From contig CP066686.1 of the NCBI GenBank assembly GCA_016432365.1, forward strand, positions 938,918 to 1,002,917: 64,000 nt of DNA. Reading direction: 5' to 3'. The position numbers and the translations under genes were made by a program. Under the pieces are notes generated by a model. It was not told the DNA's origin. It did no database searches and was given only the letters and a program-made list of their open reading frames with translations. The stretch comes from Candidatus Woesebacteria bacterium. Its GTDB lineage: Bacteria > Patescibacteriota > Microgenomatia > UBA8517. Numbering within the stretch: position 1 is the stretch's first letter; each line of letters starts with the position of its first letter. Positions 8,574 to 17,009 of the stretch are shown here, piece by piece.

Positions 8574-9461
8574 TTAACTTTTAATTAGTTTTCTGAATCT
8601 ATAAAACTCCATTACCCGGAGGCCAGTATATCTACCAAGGATCAAATCAAGCACAGCTACTCCTACTAGAGAAATCTCGGGGTTGAGGAGAACAAAAGAT
8701 TGCAGCGGTTTAAGTGTCAGGAAAAAGAACGATATAAAAGAGATTAAAAGAGTTTCAAAAGTCAGATTGGCCGCAGTTTCTACGCTTTTACCCAACTGTA
8801 CCCGGGTAAAATCTTCGGCCAAAAGAATCATGATTAGAACCGCAAAAATTGAAACGTTGGCTAGATCGGGAAATCTGATCAGTGGGGCTGAAAACAAAAT
8901 CCCCAAAACTCCAAACACAACTGCCCAAAGAATCAATGCCATACGGGGCAAATATTGCAATTTGATCTTAACTTTACGAAGAATCATACGCATAGCAGTT
9001 GAAACCGCAACAATTACAAGAAACAGTCCAATTCCTACAATTGGCCCTGTAGCCACAAAAACTACGGAAAGAGCGGCGGGAAGAAAGATTCCAAATCCCC
9101 TAACCCCAATCACGTTGCGCGTGAAGGCTATTACGAATGCAACCAAGGGTAAAAGAAGTAGAAGAACAATAGTATTTGCAGGAACCCCCGCAGCAATCGC
9201 TCCTCTTATGGCGTATTTTACGGGGTTTGTTGGCCAAACTGAGCCCAATTTTTGATCTTTAAGTATGGTTTCGAGTGGTCCCAAAGATTCCTGTGATTTT
9301 TGGGTAATATCCACACGTGGTGCCTCGGGCGTGGGTGCTGCTGAAGGGGTCGCTGTTTCAGTGACAATTGGGCTAGGCGTGGGAAGATCCCTGGCAAAAA
9401 TCGGTGCAGGCACAAAAAGAAGCCCTGAGGCCACGAACAATGTAGCTACAAACTTTCGCAT
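8574..9461 (-). CDS. 7-TM membrane protein with signal peptide and Pro/Thr-rich linker (7TM partner of RimK-related ligase systems; lacks the transglutaminase-like head)
   Basis: Signal peptide (MRKFVATLFVASGLLFVPAPIFA), PT-rich segment, then seven predicted hydrophobic helices; first gene of the minus-strand ATP-grasp operon. Confidence 0.55.
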   Translation of the reverse strand: MRKFVATLFVASGLLFVPAPIFARDLPTPSPIVTETATPSAAPTPEAPRVDITQKSQESLGPLETILKDQKLGSVWPTNPVKYAIRGAIAAGVPANTIVLLLLLPLVAFVIAFTRNVIGVRGFGIFLPAALSVVFVATGPIVGIGLFLVIVAVSTAMRMILRKVKIKLQYLPRMALILWAVVFGVLGILFSAPLIRFPDLANVSIFAVLIMILLAEDFTRVQLGKSVETAANLTFETLLISFISFFFLTLKPLQSFVLLNPEISLVGVAVLDLILGRYTGLRVMEFYRFRKLIKS

Positions 9462-9637
9462 GGGTTAATTTCTCTAAAGAGTACGTATAGTATACCATTT
9501 TCCCCTGCCAGACTGCCAGTTTCAGACAAATCACCCTGTAGTCTTGACTATAAAGCATAACTAGCTATAATTTGACCTTCAGTAATAGCTCATTCACATT
9601 TGTGAAATTAAAAAAATATATCCTGAAAGGATGCCCA

Positions 9638-10549
9638 ATGAGTGTCATTTTTCAATCAACGATATACGATCGAAGTGTCGAATCGAACTACGAAGTTTTG
9701 ATGATCGCAGACCATCATGTTTTTTTCGTTGGGGGAAGCAAGGTCAATCTCAAAACAGGCTCAATTGTAAACAACGGTGATGGTTATATCATCGTAAGCA
9801 AAAAGAGTACCAATCAAGAGAAGAAAGTAAAAATGGAGATGAAATTCCCCAAACAACTGCTCATTATCGGAGGTGTTCGGGCTAAGTTGATCATCGTTCC
9901 TTCAATAAGCGGAAAAATCGAGGCCAAAGTTACAGGGTCGAAGTCGGCGGTCAATACCATCAAATTTGATCAGTCCGAAGGTCGACTTACAATCGGTTCG
10001 ATTCCGGCTAAGAACCAAACAATATCAGTCTCGGTTAGGAAAAATGTAGTTTCTATGGCTCACGGCAGCTCGAAAATTACAATCTCCCAAACAGTCAAGG
10101 GAGACGAACCACCCACTTTAACACTGGGCGTACCGGTTAACACTCCCATTGGTATCGGCAATATAGATGGCCCGATTACAATCGATGATATTCAATGCCC
10201 AGTTGAGTTGTTGTTGAATTCATACCACTCGGCTGAAATCGGAAGAATTAATTCCTTGGCCCTTTGGGTAAACGGAACCGGCGGCGCAACAATTGATCTT
10301 GTTTCAGGATCTGTTGCCGCTCAACTGAATTCAACCGGAAGCGTGATCATAGATCACGGGGACGTATCCACCTTGAGTGTTATCTGCACCCAGGTTGGAT
10401 CGTTCACTTTTAAAGGCCTGGCTGATTCTGCTGATCTTACAACAAATGGGGTTGGCGGAATTACAGTCAAAGCAGTTACCAAAAAACCAAAAATTGCTCA
10501 AAAGAGCAAATATGTTGGAAAAATCACAGTTGAAAACTGGCCCGATTAG
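9638..10549 (+). CDS. hypothetical beta-rich protein (possibly DUF2807/adhesin-head-like)
   Basis: Repetitive G/S/T-rich beta-strand-like segments; AAGG RBS 8 nt before ATG at 9638; ORF-track start 9572 is probably upstream extension. Confidence 0.4.
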   Translation: MSVIFQSTIYDRSVESNYEVLMIADHHVFFVGGSKVNLKTGSIVNNGDGYIIVSKKSTNQEKKVKMEMKFPKQLLIIGGVRAKLIIVPSISGKIEAKVTGSKSAVNTIKFDQSEGRLTIGSIPAKNQTISVSVRKNVVSMAHGSSKITISQTVKGDEPPTLTLGVPVNTPIGIGNIDGPITIDDIQCPVELLLNSYHSAEIGRINSLALWVNGTGGATIDLVSGSVAAQLNSTGSVIIDHGDVSTLSVICTQVGSFTFKGLADSADLTTNGVGGITVKAVTKKPKIAQKSKYVGKITVENWPD

Positions 10550-10565
10550 TTTCACAAGTTAGTAC

Positions 10566-10628
10566 CACCCCTCGGAGTTTTCCAAAGCTAATTTTAGCTT
10601 AAGGACTCTGAGGGGTGTTTTTTTTGGC
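10566..10628 (+). terminator. rho-independent terminator (paralogous to the one at 11826-11882)
   Basis: CCCCTCGGAG ... CTCTGAGGGG stem with inner AAGCTAATTTTAGCTT hairpin, then T8. Confidence 0.6.
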
Positions 10629-10647
10629 AAAATACCATCCTGTAGTG

Positions 10648-10676
10648 TTGACTTTTGGCCTTAAATGTGCTATAAT
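10648..10676 (+). promoter_or_regulatory. sigma70-like promoter (TTGACT-17-TATAAT)
   Basis: TTGACT 10648-10653, 17-nt spacer, TATAAT 10671-10676; ~230 nt upstream of the 10910 ORF. Confidence 0.55.
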
Positions 10677-10909
10677 TGCGGGTTGTACTTTTACATTTTG
10701 CAGAAAGTATTGGAATCCCGCTTAAACGCGGCACGAGGCATGTACGTATAGTACTGAAAAGCCGAGTGCAAAGTTTTGTGGGACAGAAAGAATTTCTCCC
10801 CTCAAGTGGGTAGCCCCTTGGTACTAGCCAAAATTCGGTACCTGAAGGACTACCCATTTGGGTATACAGCAAATTTGCTGTCATTCAAACCAAAAGGAGA
10901 AATTTAAAC

Positions 10910-11578
10910 ATGAACGGATCTGTTTGGAAGCGTACTGGCTATGGAACCATGAGTAAGAATCTGTATGTTCTCAGCATTTCTGCGTTTACAGGATTTGGGA
11001 TCTTCGTCTCGATGCTTGTCGCGCAGTTTACCTTGCAGATGGAATTGACCTGGCCTTTTGCCTTGATCGTCTTGGTTATTGGCATTGCCGGCATTTTCGT
11101 TGCCCACGGTTCGGACGTACCAGTGGTCTCTTTGCTTGGCTATATGATGGTTGCAGTCCCTTACGGCGCATTACTCGGCCCCCTGCTTAACCTTTATGTG
11201 CCTGTGAGCATCATTCTGCCGTTTTTCATCACCACTGTCTACGTTGCCGTCTTTGGGCTTGTTGGAGCTGTCATTCCTGACAGTCTCGAAAGCTGGTCAA
11301 CGTATCTGCTCGGCGGGCTCTTTGTCGGTTTACTCGGATATTTCATTATCCCGATCGGCGGGCTCTTTGGTCTTTCGGTTGCGCATGCTCTGACTGTCTG
11401 GGACTGGGCCATTGTTGTACTCTTTGCCGCAGTCATCATGTATGATTTCAACCGGGCTCTTCGTATTCCCTATACCCTGGACAACAGCATCGACGTGGCG
11501 CTTGCCATCTACCTTGACTGGTTTAACGTGTTTATTCGCGTTCTTCAATTCTTCGGAATTCTGAAGAAAAACGACTAA
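10910..11578 (+). CDS. Bax-inhibitor-1/YccA family membrane protein
   Basis: ~7 TM helices and C-terminal BI-1 signature (DFNRAL...YTLDNSIDVALAIYLDWFNVFIRVLQFFG). AAAGGAG RBS upstream. Confidence 0.7.
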   Translation: MNGSVWKRTGYGTMSKNLYVLSISAFTGFGIFVSMLVAQFTLQMELTWPFALIVLVIGIAGIFVAHGSDVPVVSLLGYMMVAVPYGALLGPLLNLYVPVSIILPFFITTVYVAVFGLVGAVIPDSLESWSTYLLGGLFVGLLGYFIIPIGGLFGLSVAHALTVWDWAIVVLFAAVIMYDFNRALRIPYTLDNSIDVALAIYLDWFNVFIRVLQFFGILKKND

Positions 11579-11626
11579 TCCTCGCCAGAACCCAAAGGTA
11601 GATATAAAAACAACAAGGAGTAATCC

Positions 11627-11803
11627 ATGCTTAACAAACTACATCCTAGAGTCTACAACGCACTCGCGCTTTTTTTGACATGTGCTGTCGGTAGTATCCT
11701 GGGAGCTGTGGTGAATCACTTTTCAGGAAACCTGAATCTGTCGTTCATCGTCGCCTCATTTATCGGTTACGGTTTCGGCCGATTCTTTATGCCACTTAAG
11801 TAA
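11627..11803 (+). CDS. small hydrophobic protein (58 aa), not in ORF track
   Basis: AAGGAG RBS 7 nt upstream of ATG at 11627; two hydrophobic segments; followed by terminator. Confidence 0.4.
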   Translation: MLNKLHPRVYNALALFLTCAVGSILGAVVNHFSGNLNLSFIVASFIGYGFGRFFMPLK

Positions 11804-11825
11804 CTCTTTCTGCAAATTGCACCAA

Positions 11826-11882
11826 CCCCCTCGGAGACTTCCGAAGCTGATTTTTTAGCTTAGGACCGAGGGGTGTTTTTTG
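11826..11882 (+). terminator. rho-independent terminator (paralogue of 10566-10628)
   Basis: CCCCTCGG ... CCGAGGGG stem, inner AGCTGATTTTTTAGCT hairpin, then T-run. Confidence 0.6.
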
Positions 11883-11947
11883 GAAAAAAATTCTATATAA
11901 TAAAGTCTCGCCACAAGATCTCCCCTCGGGAAGCGCTTTGAGCCTGG

Positions 11948-13705
11948 TTGGAAATTTTCTGTGGCGTTCAAAAAATGTTTAAAATCTTTAAACGATTCTA
12001 CTGGTTCATTTGGAAGCACAAGTGGTGGTTCATCTTAGCAATGATGGCCACGACTATTGCTATCGTGCTTGAACTCATCACCCCCTACTTTTTCAAACTG
12101 TTTGTTGAAGCTCTACAAAATAACGATTTGGACTATCTGTATAAGTTAATTTTGATCTTTATTGCAGTCCAGTTTACGGCTCTTATTTTTGCAAATCTCA
12201 AGTACCTGTTTGGTGATGTGGTCGCGGTTGATACCGCCATCGACATAAGGACTACTATCTTTAAATTTGTGCAGGACTTGGACTTCTCTTTTCATGCAAA
12301 TAAGAGTACCGGCTCCCTAATCAGCGCTTTTAAACGCGGAGACAACGCCTTTTGGGGACTCTTTGAACGAATGAATCAAAAAATGTGGGAAATAATTATC
12401 GGTTTTATCGTAATGGGTTACTTTTTTCTTAAGATTGATCCCAGATTCGTACTGATTTTTGCTGTTTCTTTTGTTCTTACACTGGTCGCCACTAAATATC
12501 TGGCCGGACTAAACATTAGAACCCGTGAAGAATTTAATGAATACGAGGACGACATTAGCGGCATAATCACCGACAATCTAATAAACTACGAAACGGTCAA
12601 GCTTTTTGCCAAAGAAAAGTGGGAAATTGAGCGCCTAAAAAATTCATTCAAAGACTGGAAAAAGTACTTGTGGAGACATTTTTGGACTTACAGGATGATT
12701 GATATGAGTGTCGGATCCCTTGTTAATATTTCAATTTTCTTGGTACTTATATTTTCTTTGAATTTGATTAAGGTAAAAGAGATTGGCATTGGAGACTTTA
12801 TTTTAATTGTTGGCTACGTAAACTTGTTCTTTCCAAAGCTTTTTGACCTTATTTACGGACTTAGGGAGATATCAACAAACTATGCCGATATCAAAAAGTA
12901 TTTTGATTTATTGGATTACGAAATAGATGTAAAAGACCCGGTAAGCTCCGTTAGCCTGGACCACGTTAAAGGAATTATTGAATTCAAAAACGTCTCCTTT
13001 ACCTACGGCGGACGTTCTAAAAACGCCATTAACGGAGTTGATTTGAAGATAAATAAAGGACAATCTGTGGCTTTGGTCGGTAGAAGCGGCAGCGGTAAAA
13101 CCACCTTGGCCAAACTTCTAATGAGATTTTATGATATCGACTCTGGAGAAATAACAATCGATGGGGTGAATATCAAAGACTTCACAAAAAGCACCCTCCG
13201 TGGATTTGTTGGCGTTGTTCCCCAGGAGCCTATTCTTTTCAATAACACAATTGCATACAACATAGGATATGGCAAGAACGATCCCACACTTTCCGAGATT
13301 AGAACAGCTTCGAAATTGGCCAATATTGACGATTTTATAGAAGGACTTAAGAAAAAATATGATACCGAGGTTGGTGAACGTGGGGTTAAGCTCTCCGGAG
13401 GACAAAAACAGCGTTTGGCAATAGCGCGTATGATACTAAGCGACCCCGATATTGTTGTATTTGATGAGGCAACAAGCCACCTTGACTCTGAAAGCGAAAA
13501 ACTTATTCAGGACGCATTTTGGAAGGCAAGACGAGGCAAAACCACCATTATTATCGCCCATCGTTTGTCTACGATTATGAGGGCGGACAAGATTGTGGTC
13601 ATGGAGCATGGACATATTAAAGAAACCGGGACCCACGAGGGACTGGTGAAGAAAAAAGACAGCTTATATTCCCACTTCTGGAATTTGCAGATTAAACTCG
13701 ACTAA
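11948..13705 (+). CDS. ABC transporter, fused permease/ATP-binding exporter (MsbA/ABCB-like)
   Basis: Six-TM N-terminal half; Walker A GRSGSGKTT, ABC signature LSGGQKQR, Walker B IVVFDEATSHLD. Start may be the Met at 11975. Confidence 0.9.
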   Translation: MEIFCGVQKMFKIFKRFYWFIWKHKWWFILAMMATTIAIVLELITPYFFKLFVEALQNNDLDYLYKLILIFIAVQFTALIFANLKYLFGDVVAVDTAIDIRTTIFKFVQDLDFSFHANKSTGSLISAFKRGDNAFWGLFERMNQKMWEIIIGFIVMGYFFLKIDPRFVLIFAVSFVLTLVATKYLAGLNIRTREEFNEYEDDISGIITDNLINYETVKLFAKEKWEIERLKNSFKDWKKYLWRHFWTYRMIDMSVGSLVNISIFLVLIFSLNLIKVKEIGIGDFILIVGYVNLFFPKLFDLIYGLREISTNYADIKKYFDLLDYEIDVKDPVSSVSLDHVKGIIEFKNVSFTYGGRSKNAINGVDLKINKGQSVALVGRSGSGKTTLAKLLMRFYDIDSGEITIDGVNIKDFTKSTLRGFVGVVPQEPILFNNTIAYNIGYGKNDPTLSEIRTASKLANIDDFIEGLKKKYDTEVGERGVKLSGGQKQRLAIARMILSDPDIVVFDEATSHLDSESEKLIQDAFWKARRGKTTIIIAHRLSTIMRADKIVVMEHGHIKETGTHEGLVKKKDSLYSHFWNLQIKLD

Positions 13706-14367
13706 CTCGCCTCGAGATCCGATATTAATCTATCCAAGTCTTTCCTAAACTCGACCAGTGGATTAACTGCCAACGGGTTTCGTACGACTTTGACGGTTAA
13801 TAAAGACTCATATTTTCCAAAATCAACCACATTTTTGTATCGATCTGGCAAACTATCTGTCACCAGAAGCGCCAATTGCCCCACACAATATGCCCATGGC
13901 GTTTGACCCAAAATGTACTGGCGATCAACAAATTGTTCCAAGTAGTCCGATCTATGATCGCTATATAACGAATTTGTTTTTTTATCATAAAAATCTTCAA
14001 GATCTACCTGTCTTGTTGAAATACCATTAAGCCCCCAGGACAAAACTTTTACATTTCTACCGGCTCGATCGTGAATCCAAAACCCTGCGTCATCGATTGC
14101 TTTGAGTTGTAACACAACATGCCTGACCACTTCTAATTTATCCTTCAGACTAATTGCAGAATCCGATACATCCATTAAATCATCAAGGTCCATGCCTCCC
14201 AGTCTTTCAACATTAAAATGTCTATTGCCTACTTCGTCGGCTTCTGAAATTATGACTGGGACTACAGGCTCGCCATTGAAGCTGACATTTCTCAAAAAAT
14301 GATATCCTAGAAAACGTATATTTTTTTTCTCAAAATACTCTGTTCGTAACTCGAGTTTTGCATCCAT
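13702..14367 (-). CDS. hypothetical protein (221 aa)
   Basis: ORF with 4-nt overlap with the ABC gene end; no confident family. Confidence 0.45.
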   Translation of the reverse strand: MDAKLELRTEYFEKKNIRFLGYHFLRNVSFNGEPVVPVIISEADEVGNRHFNVERLGGMDLDDLMDVSDSAISLKDKLEVVRHVVLQLKAIDDAGFWIHDRAGRNVKVLSWGLNGISTRQVDLEDFYDKKTNSLYSDHRSDYLEQFVDRQYILGQTPWAYCVGQLALLVTDSLPDRYKNVVDFGKYESLLTVKVVRNPLAVNPLVEFRKDLDRLISDLEAS

Positions 14368-14479
14368 CTGTACAATAAATTATATAACATTTTGTTATTT
14401 GACTTTTAAAATACTACAGGTTAAAATCTTGCCTGAGAAAGTTCTTTGACGCCACAACTCTACCTGAAAGGAGGCCTAA

Positions 14480-14758
14480 ATGTACTGCGAAATTTGCAAG
14501 TTCAAGATCGGAGTAAACTACCTGCTTGAGAATGATTCATCCTGTGAATATTGTCAAACCACCGTACACACAGCGGGCTTGGTGGGAACATACGAGGGAC
14601 TTAAGAATGGTCTCCATATTTTTAGAGTTCATCCCACATTAACCTGCTCCGGATGTGGGGAAAAACTCACACATCTATTTGTTCCATGCTCCGACGACGG
14701 AGGTTTAATAGATGTGACAGAAGAGTTCAAAAAGCTACCAACAAAAATACGCAAATGA
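14480..14758 (+). CDS. Cys-rich zinc-ribbon-like small protein
   Basis: CxxC...CxxC...CxxC pattern (CEICKF, CEYCQ, CSGCGE); followed by terminator. Confidence 0.45.
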   Translation: MYCEICKFKIGVNYLLENDSSCEYCQTTVHTAGLVGTYEGLKNGLHIFRVHPTLTCSGCGEKLTHLFVPCSDDGGLIDVTEEFKKLPTKIRK

Positions 14759-14768
14759 TCGAACGCTG

Positions 14769-14812
14769 ATACCCCTATGGAAGAAACAAAAATCTGTAGG
14801 GGTATTTTTTTT
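14769..14812 (+). terminator. rho-independent terminator
   Basis: ATACCCCTA ... TAGGGGTAT stem followed by T8. Confidence 0.6.
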
Positions 14813-14926
14813 GAAGAATTACTCGTCCTTTGACTGCATTCCGAGTAACCACCCCGTACATTACTTACTTGCTCCCAAATACTACGTGTTTGCGTCGCAA
14901 GGGCGTTTTTACGGGGCAAGAAGTAC

Positions 14927-15142
14927 TTAATCCTCTTTACTTTGCATACCCAATAACCATAAAACTGCTTCTTTTTTATAACGGCGATCTCCACGGGAGT
15001 TTATGCGAATTGCAGGAAGTTTACCTCGCTTACCCCATCTTTTTATAGTTAAAGGAGAAACACGAAGAACATCTGCAACTTCACGAACCGTGAGAAGGTC
15101 GGGTAGATTTTCTAATTTAACTTTTTTCTTTGGTTCATCCAT
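14927..15142 (-). CDS. excisionase/MerR-family helix-turn-helix DNA-binding protein (~72 aa)
   Basis: LTVREVADVLRVSPLTIKRWGKRGKLPAIRINSRGDRRY matches HTH_17/excisionase-type; same HTH type as N-terminus of the 23355 giant ORF. Start assumed at MDEPKK. Confidence 0.6.
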   Translation of the reverse strand: MDEPKKKVKLENLPDLLTVREVADVLRVSPLTIKRWGKRGKLPAIRINSRGDRRYKKEAVLWLLGMQSKED

Positions 15143-15304
15143 TTTGTTTATGTTGTATATACTTTGTTCCTGTCCCCTGCCTATCAACGATCTATCTTAA
15201 TCACAAGATATCAAAGGGGTTCAGTCGTGTCAAGAGGTATTAAATAAGACTTTTTTGTTGACATCCATCCTTACCTTTGGCATAATCCCCATAGTTTTGA
15301 AAAT

Positions 15305-16108
15305 ATGAGCGAAAGCCTATACAGAGTTGCGCTTGATGCACTTGTCGAATTGTCCCCGGAAATAGAGGCCGCCAGAAGTGGAATTAAGCCTAAACCAACA
15401 GTCCCCACTTTGGAAAGCATCGTCAGTGGCTTTGACCCCGAATCGGAGTATCGTAAAAATAAAATATATTTAGGTACGGCCGAAGACGGCCTACCGGTCT
15501 CGATTAATTTAAATAACCTTGGAAGCGGTCCCAGACTGGTGGTTTCCGATAAAGGAGCCGGAAATGTCGACATCCTAAAATCTATAGCCCAATCAATTAT
15601 GATGACGCACTCCCCTAGCAGTGTTCAGTTTGTTGTTATTACACCCAATCCAAACGAATGGCATATTCCGGAATACTCGCCACACAATCCCAACGGGATT
15701 ATTCCGGTGTACGAAAAATCTGCTGATGATATGATTCTCTCCTTGAATGCCTGGGCCCATTCGAACAGATCTAACCAAAGTGTCGTTTTACTTTATGAAG
15801 ATTTGACCCGCATACTTTCATCCAATCCGGAAACTGCCGATCACCTCCGTTGGTTACTAATGAGAGGTACTTCCAAACATGTTTTTCCGATTGTCACATT
15901 AGATACTTCAAAAGCTCAAGAAGTTTCCTCCTGGCTTCCCTATTTTCGTTCAAAGATTTTTGGAAAGATAACGGATCCGGAAGAGGCAGGAAAATTTATA
16001 GAATCTGACAAGCTGACAAACGCCAATCTGGATACGCTTTACCAAGGTTCTCAATTTACAGTTCATACCGGTAACGAGTGGACGCGCTTCTTGCTTCCTA
16101 AAATTTAA
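15305..16108 (+). CDS. FtsK/SpoIIIE-like domain protein with degenerate P-loop (pseudo-ATPase?)
   Basis: Alignment by eye to FtsK motor region (YLGTAEDGLPVSINLNNLGSGPRLVVSDKGAGNVDILKSIAQSIMMTHSPSSVQFVVITPN vs LG..G.PV..DL...PHLLVAGTTGSGKS...RFIMIDPK); Walker A replaced by SDKGAGN. Confidence 0.4.
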   Translation: MSESLYRVALDALVELSPEIEAARSGIKPKPTVPTLESIVSGFDPESEYRKNKIYLGTAEDGLPVSINLNNLGSGPRLVVSDKGAGNVDILKSIAQSIMMTHSPSSVQFVVITPNPNEWHIPEYSPHNPNGIIPVYEKSADDMILSLNAWAHSNRSNQSVVLLYEDLTRILSSNPETADHLRWLLMRGTSKHVFPIVTLDTSKAQEVSSWLPYFRSKIFGKITDPEEAGKFIESDKLTNANLDTLYQGSQFTVHTGNEWTRFLLPKI

Positions 16109-16172
16109 AACTTGAACAACATTTCCCCATTGCAAATTAAATTTCGCATTGTTATATTGGCTGACAAATTAA

Positions 16173-17009
16173 ATGGGCGTCGAATTCTTTTCTGATATTT
16201 CAAGGGCACTAGCCAAAACTGAGGCAGGAAGATCTCTTAAGGAAATTTTAAGATGGTCGGAATATAGAACAGGAGAATCTGAACAAGAATGGATATCTAA
16301 AATCGGAATAACAGGTCAGGATTTTCTTCATACCACCACTCTGATGCCGCAAATAGGTGAAGTTTTTCTTCGCCTCGAGGGTGACCGATTTTCGAGTTCT
16401 GAACAGGAAACTTTCCGTTACGGACTTATAAGTCATGATTTTGGTGAAGCAAAAATTAACGGAAAAGGAATCGGCGACATAAGTGCCAGTATTAAAAACG
16501 CTAAAGACGAGAAGATTGAATCGGGCATTGCCAGAAAAGTTATCGCTTCACTAGATCTGCCGAAAGAGACCAAAGATAAACTTTTAAACGGATATCATGA
16601 AGTTGTGGAAGGTGGAAATCCTAAACTTTACGACGCCTTTAAGGCCCTAGAGCGAACAGAATATGTAATAACCGCCATGAAGGCGTTTGTAAACTGTCGT
16701 AGACTGGAAATTCAAGGTAAGCCCGGTATTAAGGAAGAAAAAGCCATGATAGGAAGAGTACTTGTTATAAACCTGACCAAGGTGTTAAACGAACACGTTC
16801 CAAATTATCCGAACTCCATAGGCAGACTATTCTCAAATAACAGAGAGTTGATAGACCAAATGTTTGATTTCTCGACAGAATGGTTAGTTTCAAACAACTC
16901 TTGGCGTGGCAAGGATGTTGACCATGGGGCGCTGGCAATGATGTTTCAAAGCCAATGGATAAAATTTAAAATCCGTACAGACCGGAATATTTTTCCTCAA
17001 GATATTTAA
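16173..17009 (+). CDS. hypothetical protein, possible HD-domain
   Basis: H...HD spacing (FLHTTT ... ISHDFGE) suggests HD phosphohydrolase fold; weak. Confidence 0.3.
   Translation: MGVEFFSDISRALAKTEAGRSLKEILRWSEYRTGESEQEWISKIGITGQDFLHTTTLMPQIGEVFLRLEGDRFSSSEQETFRYGLISHDFGEAKINGKGIGDISASIKNAKDEKIESGIARKVIASLDLPKETKDKLLNGYHEVVEGGNPKLYDAFKALERTEYVITAMKAFVNCRRLEIQGKPGIKEEKAMIGRVLVINLTKVLNEHVPNYPNSIGRLFSNNRELIDQMFDFSTEWLVSNNSWRGKDVDHGALAMMFQSQWIKFKIRTDRNIFPQDI

Noticed and set aside
8683-9255. 190-aa plus-strand ORF inside the 7TM gene
   Set aside because: Antisense to a membrane protein with coherent TM topology; Arg/Lys-rich mirror artefact.
13702-14367. Possible protein-kinase-like motifs (IHDRAGRN ... 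VVDFG) in the 221-aa ORF
   Set aside because: HxDxxxxN and DFG are ~95 residues apart rather than ~20; pattern likely coincidental, so left as hypothetical.
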